The notes under the pieces were generated by a model. It searched no databases. It was not told the DNA's origin and was given only the letters and a program-made list of their open reading frames with translations. From NCBI RefSeq assembly GCF_963921235.1, contig NC_086097.1, forward strand, positions 44,456,001 to 44,520,000: a stretch of 64,000 nt of DNA, written 5' to 3'. Positions 54,201 to 64,000 of the stretch are shown piece by piece (the first letter of the stretch is position 1; every line of letters begins with the position of its first letter). This DNA comes from Mobula hypostoma. Lineage: Eukaryota. Made by a program: the position numbers and the translations under genes.

Positions 54201-57200
54201 TTCCACACTTATATCCAATGGATATTTTGGAAAAAATTTTAGATTTAAATCTTTCTCAGAAAGGTGTTGTAGCAATTATTTATAATATAATTATGAATTT
54301 ATGTCCTGATGTATCTAATAAAATTAAAACTGATTGGGAAAGAGAATTTTAGATTACTGTACCGATTAAAAAATGGGGAAAAAAATTCTTCAATTAGTTA
54401 GTTCATCCTCTATATGTGCTAAACATGTGTTGATACAGTTTAAAGTAGTGCACAGGACTCAGATGTCCAAAGATAAATTATCCCGTTATTACTCTTATAT
54501 AAATCCTACATGTGATAGATGTCACTCCGAGATAGCTTCTTTAACTCACATGTCTTGGTCATGTCCTTTGTTGAAAAAATATTGGAAAGATATTTTTGAT
54601 ATTATTTCAACGGTTTTGAATATAGACTTACAACCTCACCCAATTACTGCTATTTTTGGGTTACCAATGATAGAATCAAATCATTTAACCTCTTCAGCTC
54701 GTCGGATGATTGCATTTCTTACTTTAATGGCTAGAAGATCCATTTTGCTGAATTGGAAAGAGATTAACCCTCCTACCATATTTCATTGGTTTTCACAAAC
54801 TATGTTGTGTTTAAATTTGGAAAAAATTAGAAGTGTGATTTATGACCCTTCCATTAAATTTGAAAAGACTTGGAGGCCATTCATTCAGCATTTTCATATG
54901 ATGTAATTTGACCATTTCCAAACTTATTTTACTTTTCTGTAATGTTGGTTGAGAGGAACGGAGTTGTCGACACTAAGGTTTTCATTTCTCCCATTTTTTA
55001 TGATGTTAAAACAGCCGAAGTCTTTTTTTTTTAGTTTAGTTGATTAATTCTGTTTAGATTAGTGTTTTTTGTGGGGGGGGGGTTATTTTTTTTTTCCTTT
55101 TTCATGATTTTTGTTTAGATATTTTTCTTTGTTTTATATTATTCATTGCTATCCTATACGATTGGGAGTTTTATCATTTAAGTGTTATTTGGCTTTATAA
55201 TCACTCATGTTAATTATAACAACGTATTCCCAATAACTTTGTACTACTACCATGTCATGTTTATATCTTTATTTAACTAATAAAAAGATTGGAAAAGAAA
55301 GGGAAAAAAAGGATACGGGGAGAATACATTAGGATTAGTGTAAGTGATGGCAGATGCAGGTTCGGTGGTCAAAGAATAGGTTTAATGCTATCTGACTATG
55401 CATCATGGTTGGTGTGATATATGCAAATTTAAATACATAGTTGTATAAGTGATTTAATACAAAACGTCTTTTGCTTATTGCACTTTGTGTGGTGCAACAT
55501 ACCATTTGTTTTTAAAAGAGTGGTAAAGGTTTAAACTCTCCCAATAAATCATAACGACTCAGCTCACTGTCAAATCTAGCTGTTAGCTGGAACATTGCCA
55601 TTTTTCATCAACCAGAAAGAAATGCTAAGTAGAGGTATCGCCCAGATCTAATATATTTGCAATGTAATTTGGAACGCTGTCCTCTGATTTTCCTACCACC
55701 CACCTGGACTAGAGATCATTCAGACCACAGGCATGCATTTGCAATAGAGCATCCGAAAGCCAGCAACCAGTAAATCTGTGCAGTTTGGGAGCGTAACAGA
55801 GCACCAAGGGAAACACAAATGGGCAGGGCAAGTATGAGCAAATTCCACGTAGACAGCACACAAGGCGAGCATTGAACTGAATTTGGGTTGCTGCAGCTAT
55901 ATCACCTGCTGCATCGCTGTGCTGCACTCGGTGTTTCAATGGCCAGAACTAGACACCGCATTCAAGCTGTAGCAATGAATGACCAAAAGTATGAACGATA
56001 GATCAGTAGGCTACATTTGATCCCTTTAAATTTATGTTCAACTTTCGAAGCGCAATATTTCAAGTTCAAACTAAATTTATTATCAAAGTATATATAAACG
56101 TTTTCAAGAGATATTGAGGCCCTGGTTAAGAAAAAAAAAGGAGGAGCACAGCAGGTCTAGGCAGGTAGGAACAAATGAGGTGTTTATGGAGTATAAGAAA
56201 TGCAAGAGTACGCTTAGGAAAGAAATCAGGAGGGCTAAAAGAAGGCATGAAGTTGCCCTAGCAGACAAGGTGAAGGAGGGATTCTACAGATATTTTAAGA
56301 GCAAAAGGATTACAAAAGGCAAAATTGGTCCTCTGGAAGATCAGAGTGCGAATCCATGTGTGGAGTCAAAAGAGATGGGGGATATCTGAAATATTTTTCT
56401 GTATTTACTCAGGAGATGGACACAGGGTACTATAGAAGTGAGGCATAATGAAATCAACTTCATGGACCCTGTACAGATCACAGAGGAGGAGCTGGTTGCT
56501 GCCTTGAAGCAAATCTGGTGGATAAATTCCCAGGGACTGACTGGTGTTCCCTTGGAACCTACAGGAGGCAAGTGCAGAAATTGCTGGGGCCCTAGCAGAG
56601 ATATTTAAATCATCCTTAGCAATAGGAGAAGTACCAGAGGATTGGAGGATAGACAATGTTGTTCCGCTGTTTAAGAAAGGATCTAAAAGTAAACCAGGAA
56701 ATTATAGGCCGGTGAGTCTGACATCCATTGTGGGAAAGTTATTGGAAGGTATTCTAAGAACTAGATATACAAGTATTTGGATAGGCATGGACTGATTAAG
56801 CATAGTCTGCATGGCAAGTCATGTCTAACTAATCTTATAGTGTTTTTCAAGGAAATTACCAGGAAAGTAGATGAGGGCAGGCAGTGGATGTTGCCTACAT
56901 GGACTTTAGCAAGGCATTTGACATTCTGCTGCTGTAGCCCATCCACTTCAAGGCACGCTATGTTGTGCAATTAGAGATGCTCTTCTGCTCACCGCTGTTG
57001 TAATGCGTAGTTATTTGAGTTACCGCCACCTACCAGTTAGCTTGAACCAGACTGACCATTCTCCACTGAACTCTCTCATTAACAGGTTATTTTCGCCCAC
57101 AGAACTGCAACTCACTGGATGTTTTTTTGTTTCTCGCACCATTCTCTGCAAACCCTAGAGAATGTTGTGTGTGAAAATTGCAGGAGATCAGCAGTTTCTG

Positions 57201-60200
57201 AGATACTCAAACCACCCTGTCTGGCACCAACAACCATTCCACGGTCAGTCACTTAGATCACACTTCTTCCCCATTCTGATGCTTGGTCTGAACAAACAAC
57301 TGAACCTCTTGACCATGTCTGCATGTTTTTATGCATTGAGTTACTGTCACATGATTTGCTGATTAGATATTTGCATTAATGAGATGTGCTGGTGTACCTA
57401 ATAAAGTGGCCACTGAGTGTACAGTATATTTTTGCTGCAACTACTTTGGATGCTTCATTTTTCTCTTACATTTAATAGCTGTCTGGTGTAGTAGATTAAT
57501 TAGCTTCTATAAATTGTCCCTTTGCATATAAGGAGATGAGGATATGGCTCAACCTTCCACTATGGATCAAGCTTATTTACATTGGAAAATCAAAGGTACA
57601 GTACGATTTTGTGATTTACTTTTGATAATTGTTTTATGTCCTTTGACCAACAATCTAATAAATATAAATTACCTAGATCTCACTTTTTTAGATATCTACA
57701 GGTTAGAAACTTTTTAATTACTGTTTCTCCTAATTTTCCACACTTATATCCAATGGATATTTTGGAAAAAATTTTAGATTTAAATCTTTCTCAGAAAGGT
57801 GTTGTAGCAATTATTTATAATATAATTATGAATTTATGTCCTGATGTATCTAATAAAATTAAAACTGATTGGGAAAGAGAATTTTAGATTACTGTACCGA
57901 TTAAAAAATGGGGAAAAAAATTCTTCAATTAGTTAGTTCATCCTCTATATGTGCTAAACATGTGTTGATACAGTTTAAAGTAGTGCACAGGACTCAGATG
58001 TCCAAAGATAAATTATCCCGTTATTACTCTTATATAAATCCTACATGTGATAGATGTCACTCCGAGATAGCTTCTTTAACTCACATGTCTTGGTCATGTC
58101 CTTTGTTGAAAAAATATTGGAAAGATATTTTTGATATTATTTCAACGGTTTTGAATATAGACTTACAACCTCACCCAATTACTGCTATTTTTGGGTTACC
58201 AATGATAGAATCAAATCATTTAACCTCTTCAGCTCGTCGGATGATTGCATTTCTTACTTTAATGGCTAGAAGATCCATTTTGCTGAATTGGAAAGAGATT
58301 AACCCTCCTACCATATTTCATTGGTTTTCACAAACTATGTTGTGTTTAAATTTGGAAAAAATTAGAAGTGTGATTTATGACCCTTCCATTAAATTTGAAA
58401 AGACTTGGAGGCCATTCATTCAGCATTTTCATATGATGTAATTTGACCATTTCCAAACTTATTTTACTTTTCTGTAATGTTGGTTGAGAGGAACGGAGTT
58501 GTCGACACTAAGGTTTTCATTTCTCCCATTTTTTATGATGTTAAAACAGCCGAAGTCTTTTTTTTTTAGTTTAGTTGATTAATTCTGTTTAGATTAGTGT
58601 TTTTTGTGGGGGGGGGGTTATTTTTTTTTTCCTTTTTCATGATTTTTGTTTAGATATTTTTCTTTGTTTTATATTATTCATTGCTATCCTATACGATTGG
58701 GAGTTTTATCATTTAAGTGTTATTTGGCTTTATAATCACTCATGTTAATTATAACAACGTATTCCCAATAACTTTGTACTACTACCATGTCATGTTTATA
58801 TCTTTATTTAACTAATAAAAAGATTGGAAAAGAAAGGGAAAAAAAGGATACGGGGAGAATACATTAGGATTAGTGTAAGTGATGGCAGATGCAGGTTCGG
58901 TGGTCAAAGAATAGGTTTAATGCTATCTGACTATGCATCATGGTTGGTGTGATATATGCAAATTTAAATACATAGTTGTATAAGTGATTTAATACAAAAC
59001 GTCTTTTGCTTATTGCACTTTGTGTGGTGCAACATACCATTTGTTTTTAAAAGAGTGGTAAAGGTTTAAACTCTCCCAATAAATCATAACGACTCAGCTC
59101 ACTGTCAAATCTAGCTGTTAGCTGGAACATTGCCATTTTTCATCAACCAGAAAGAAATGCTAAGTAGAGGTATCGCCCAGATCTAATATATTTGCAATGT
59201 AATTTGGAACGCTGTCCTCTGATTTTCCTACCACCCACCTGGACTAGAGATCATTCAGACCACAGGCATGCATTTGCAATAGAGCATCCGAAAGCCAGCA
59301 ACCAGTAAATCTGTGCAGTTTGGGAGCGTAACAGAGCACCAAGGGAAACACAAATGGGCAGGGCAAGTATGAGCAAATTCCACGTAGACAGCACACAAGG
59401 CGAGCATTGAACTGAATTTGGGTTGCTGCAGCTATATCACCTGCTGCATCGCTGTGCTGCACTCGGTGTTTCAATGGCCAGAACTAGACACCGCATTCAA
59501 GCTGTAGCAATGAATGACCAAAAGTATGAACGATAGATCAGTAGGCTACATTTGATCCCTTTAAATTTATGTTCAACTTTCGAAGCGCAATATTTCAAGT
59601 TCAAACTAAATTTATTATCAAAGTATATATAAACGTTTTCAAGAGATATTGAGGCCCTGGTTAAGAAAAAAAAAGGAGGAGCACAGCAGGTCTAGGCAGG
59701 TAGGAACAAATGAGGTGTTTATGGAGTATAAGAAATGCAAGAGTACGCTTAGGAAAGAAATCAGGAGGGCTAAAAGAAGGCATGAAGTTGCCCTAGCAGA
59801 CAAGGTGAAGGAGGGATTCTACAGATATTTTAAGAGCAAAAGGATTACAAAAGGCAAAATTGGTCCTCTGGAAGATCAGAGTGCGAATCCATGTGTGGAG
59901 TCAAAAGAGATGGGGGATATCTGAAATATTTTTCTGTATTTACTCAGGAGATGGACACAGGGTACTATAGAAGTGAGGCATAATGAAATCAACTTCATGG
60001 ACCCTGTACAGATCACAGAGGAGGAGCTGGTTGCTGCCTTGAAGCAAATCTGGTGGATAAATTCCCAGGGACTGACTGGTGTTCCCTTGGAACCTACAGG
60101 AGGCAAGTGCAGAAATTGCTGGGGCCCTAGCAGAGATATTTAAATCATCCTTAGCAATAGGAGAAGTACCAGAGGATTGGAGGATAGACAATGTTGTTCC

Positions 60201-61756
60201 GCTGTTTAAGAAAGGATCTAAAAGTAAACCAGGAAATTATAGGCCGGTGAGTCTGACATCCATTGTGGGAAAGTTATTGGAAGGTATTCTAAGAACTAGA
60301 TATACAAGTATTTGGATAGGCGTGGACTGATTAAGCATAGTCTGCATGGCAAGTCATGTCTAACTAATCTTATAGTGTTTTTCAAGGAAATTACCAGGAA
60401 AGTAGATGAGGGCAGGCAGTGGATGTTGCCTACATGGACTTTAGCAAGGCATTTGACATTCTGCTGCTGTAGCCCATCCACTTCAAGGCACGCTATGTTG
60501 TGCAATTAGAGATGCTCTTCTGCTCACCGCTGTTGTAATGCGTAGTTATTTGAGTTACCGCCACCTACCAGTTAGCTTGAACCAGACTGACCATTCTCCA
60601 CTGAACTCTCTCATTAACAGGTTATTTTCGCCCACAGAACTGCAACTCACTGGATGTTTTTTTGTTTCTCGCACCATTCTCTGCAAACCCTAGAGAATGT
60701 TGTGTGTGAAAATTGCAGGAGATCAGCAGTTTCTGAGATACTCAAACCACCCTGTCTGGCACCAACAACCATTCCACGGTCAGTCACTTAGATCACACTT
60801 CTTCCCCATTCTGATGCTTGGTCTGAACAAACAACTGAACCTCTTGACCATGTCTGCATGTTTTTATGCATTGAGTCACATGATTTGCTGATTAGATATT
60901 TGCATTAATGAGATGTGCTGGTGTACCTAATAAAGTGGCCACTGAGTGTACAGTATATTTTTGCTGCAGCTACTTTGGATGCTTCATTTTTCTCTTACAT
61001 TTAATAGCTGTCTGGTGTAGTAGATTAATTAGCTTCTATAAATTGTCCCTTTGCATATAAGGAGATGAGGATATGGCTCAACCTTCCACTATGGATCAAG
61101 CTTATTTACATTGGAAAATCAAAGGTACAGTACGATTTTGTGATTTACTTTTGATAATTGTTTTATGTCCTTTGACCAACAATCTAATAAATATAAATTA
61201 CCTAGATCTCACTTTTTTAGATATCTACAGGTTAGAAACTTTTTAATTACTGTTTCTCCTAATTTTCCACACTTATATCCAATGGATATTTTGGAAAAAA
61301 TTTTAGATTTAAATCTTTCTCAGAAAGGTGTTGTAGCAATTATTTATAATATAATTATGAATTTATGTCCTGATGTATCTAATAAAATTAAAACTGATTG
61401 GGAAAGAGAATTTTAGATTACTGTACCGATTAAAAAATGGGGAAAAAAATTCTTCAATTAGTTAGTTCATCCTCTATATGTGCTAAACATGTGTTGATAC
61501 AGTTTAAAGTAGTGCACAGGACTCAGATGTCCAAAGATAAATTATCCCGTTATTACTCTTATATAAATCCTACATGTGATAGATGTCACTCCGAGATAGC
61601 TTCTTTAACTCACATGTCTTGGTCATGTCCTTTGTTGAAAAAATATTGGAAAGATATTTTTGATATTATTTCAACGGTTTTGAATATAGACTTACAACCT
61701 CACCCAATTACTGCTATTTTTGGGTTACCAATGATAGAATCAAATCATTTAACCTC

Positions 61757-62503
61757 AGGGCCCCAAACAGTCCTTCTAAGTGAGGCAGCACTTCTCTTGT
61801 GAGTCTGTTGGGGTCAGCTATTGCATCCGGTGCTCCCGGTGCGGCCTCCTCTACATCGGTGAAACCCGACGCAGATTGGGGGACCGCTTCATCGAGCACC
61901 TCCGCTCCGTCCGCCAAAACAGACAGGATCTCCCAATAGCCACCCACTTCAACTCTGCTTCCCACTCCCATTCAGATATATCCATACATGGCCTCCTCTA
62001 CTGCCATGATGAGGCTAAACTCAGGTTGGAGGAGCAACACCTCATATACCGTCTAGGTAGTCTCCAGCCCCTTGGTATGGACATAGAATTCTCCAACTTC
62101 CAGTAATTCCCTCCCCCTCCCTTCCCCTATCCCTATGTCACTCTGCCCCCTCCCCCAGCTGCCTATCACCTCCCTCCTGGTTCCGCCTCTTTCTACTACC
62201 CATTGTGTTTTTCCCTATTCTTTCTTCACCTTTCCTGCTTATCACCTCCCTGCTTCCCCTCCCCCACCCCTTTATGTTTCCCCTTACTGGTTTTTCACCT
62301 GGAACCTACCAGCCTTCTCCTTCCCACCCTCCCCCCACCTTCTTTATAGGGCCTCTGCCCCTTCCCTCTTCAGTCCTGACGAAGGGTTCTGGCCCGAAAC
62401 GTCGACTGATCTTTTCCACTGATGCTGCCCGACCTGCTGAGTTCCTCCACCGTGTTGTGAATGTTGCTTTGACCCCAGCATCTGCAGATTATTTTGTGTT
62501 TAC
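61757..62503 (+). mobile_element. Penelope-like element 3' part with GIY-YIG endonuclease
   Basis: YCIRCSRCGLLYIGETRRRLGDRFIEH...HFN...LEEQHLIYRLGSLQPLGMDIEF (61780-62106), then a pyrimidine-rich UTR and a hammerhead motif. Confidence 0.92.
62371..62408 (+). ncRNA. Minimal type I hammerhead ribozyme motif
   Basis: cagtc-CTGACGA-a-ggg-ttctgg-ccc-GAAA-CGTC-gactg; perfect stem I (cagtc/gactg); predicted cleavage after C62403. Confidence 0.78.
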
Positions 62504-63311
62504 ATGAGTGAGTTGTTGTCTACGATAATAAGAAATGGAATTCTACCAAAGGCTCAGCAGCGAGAAAATGACCTACATAGGACCATTTTAAATGGCGAGT
62601 CCTCAACTGGTCACTGCAATATAATAAGGGTCGCGTGAGAAGATTCAATTTTCAGACTTAGAACTACAATATCACATCATGCATGATCACTATGAATAGC
62701 TTTTGTGCCTCACACTCTGAAGAGATTTGAATAAAAGCATGCACAGATTTAGAAGGAAGTACTGGCTACCATTTACCGGATAAAGAAGCTTTACAAATTT
62801 CCACTTGGAAAACATTTTCATCCTATTTATGGTTCAAATTGAGCAATTCCAATCATTGCAACATTCAGCATGCAGAGATGCTGCTGTCCCACAGTGGCAT
62901 CTGCCCTGATGTCAGCCTTTGTGCAAATACAAATTTCCAGCACTGGTATCAGATTAAGTCAGACGTAGCATGCTCCAGTGGCACTCTGAAGAATCCAAAG
63001 AGTCATGGCATATTTTGCAGCAAACAAGTGGGGAGAATTTTGGGATGTCTGGAGGTGAGTTGCTCTCTGATGCTTCATTTGCTGAGGCATTTCTAAATGG
63101 AACTGAACGTGGAGCAGTCATCTTCAACCATCCCTAGTTCCTACCACATGACAGAAGAAAGGTCGTTCATGAAGCAGTTGAAGTTGTGCTGGGGCCAGAG
63201 GTCTGATCTCTGACAACCACAAATAATTTCTCTTGTGCAATACTTCCCCCTTGATAGCCATTAACTTTACTTTTACCAGGGCTCCTCAATGCCCCTCTTG
63301 GTTATATGTTG

Positions 63312-63409
63312 CACAAAATGCTGGAGGAACTCAGCAGGCCAGGAAGCATCTAAGAAAGAGAGTAAACAGTTGACGTTTCAGGCCGAGACCCTTCATCAGG
63401 ATGTGTTTG
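63312..63409 (-). mobile_element. 98-bp Penelope-terminal fragment with hammerhead core and 13-bp TSD
   Basis: TSD tggttatatgttg at 63299-63311 and 63410-63422; minus strand CTGATGA-agggtctcggcct-GAAA-CGTC. Confidence 0.75.
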
Positions 63410-63629
63410 TGGTTATATGTTGTCCTAAATAACACATAAGAATTGTACATAATCTTTGCACAGTGCTAATTAATTTTCTTTTAGAAAAATGATGACAACT
63501 CTAGACTTTATTGATGGCTGCTCAGTAGATTGATGATAGGTGAAATCATGTACAATGGAACATACAAGTGATGAGCATTGAAAGGGAGAATAAAACTAGA
63601 GGCTATGAGGATCCTTGCAGCTCCTGGCG

Positions 63630-64000
63630 ACTTTGTGATCTCTGTCTCGAAGGCCAAGGTAAGGCTGCCTTTCAAGAGGGTAAAAGTTCGCAAGGCAACA
63701 GAATACCTGGTAGGACTCCGAAAACCTATGCCAACCAACCGGCGGGGTCTGTTCAAAGACATTTCAAACTGTCGTTGCTACAGCCGGAAGTTCCCACCTG
63801 CTTCAACAAAAAGAGCAGGGTGAGATGCCCTAATGACTATTGTCCGGTAGCACTCACATCTATGGTGATGAAGTGCTTTGAGGGATTGGTTATGGCTAGA
63901 ATCAACTCCTGTATCAGCTAGAACCCGCCACAATAGGTCTACAGCAGATGAGACGTTATTGGCTCTTCACGTGGCCTTTGATCACCTGGACAATACTAAT
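63630..64000 (+). mobile_element. Rex1/Babar-like LINE RT fragment, running off the window
   Basis: SLLQPEVPTCF...CPNDYCPVALTSMVMKCFEGLV. Confidence 0.8.

Larger units (their letters stand above)
32915..61756 (+). repeat. Tandem array (macrosatellite) of ~8.2 copies of a ~3,535-bp unit
   Basis: The junction gcatttgaca|ttctgctgctg recurs at 35711, 39242, 42777, 46316, 49853, 53389, 56924 and 60459 (periods 3531-3539). The same ORF set repeats in the track; only a handful of variant sites are visible. Confidence 0.98.

Noticed and set aside
32915..61756. CRISPR-like, rDNA/5S, snRNA or histone-type array
   Set aside because: No spacers, and no recognisable RNA-gene or histone sequence in the unit; it is TE fragments plus a short AT-rich stretch.
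32915..61756. Pure assembly artefact
   Set aside because: Recurrent shared SNPs and a 6-bp indel among non-adjacent units, plus distinct structured end junctions, argue for real copies. Exact copy number still needs read support.
33158..61802. Repeated 177-aa ORF as an amplified host gene family
   Set aside because: It is the frameshifted C-terminus of an L1/Tx1-type ORF2 (CCHC knuckle, A-rich tail, TSD). It is identical between copies only because the array is young.
62777..62804. Minus-strand 28-nt phase-1 segment (VEICKASLS-G|gtaaat) as SLC25A47 exon 1; similar candidate at ~32419-32456 (MWTENALLI-G|gtaatt)
   Set aside because: Length and phase fit, but neither resembles the MDFxAG motif, and the first lacks an ATG.

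Overview
Eukaryotic, repeat-rich vertebrate DNA; the repeat families suggest a cartilaginous fish, probably a ray (inference). The + strand carries the last three coding exons of cytosolic tryptophanyl-tRNA synthetase (WARS1: 362-535, 682-822, 11157-11315). Its 10.3-kb last intron holds nested CR1, hAT and Helitron elements. Downstream is a complete but decayed Sushi-type Ty3/Gypsy chromovirus (14177-19649) with a Tf1-like self-priming signal. On the - strand, tail-to-tail with WARS1, are three recognisable exons of the mitochondrial carrier SLC25A47 (31929-31972, 31774-31845, 29418-29602). They keep GT-AG splice sites but carry three premature stops and a frameshift, so they look like a gene loss that the ORF track does not show. 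Immediately upstream of this pseudogene is a ~28.8-kb tandem array of ~8.2 near-identical ~3,535-bp units made of nested TE fragments (SINE, Tc1-type MITE, L1 3' end, CR1). Its junctions suggest rolling-circle amplification of a locally derived circle. Penelope-like fragments carry minimal hammerhead ribozyme motifs. All comparisons were made by eye against recalled family sequences; no database search was run.
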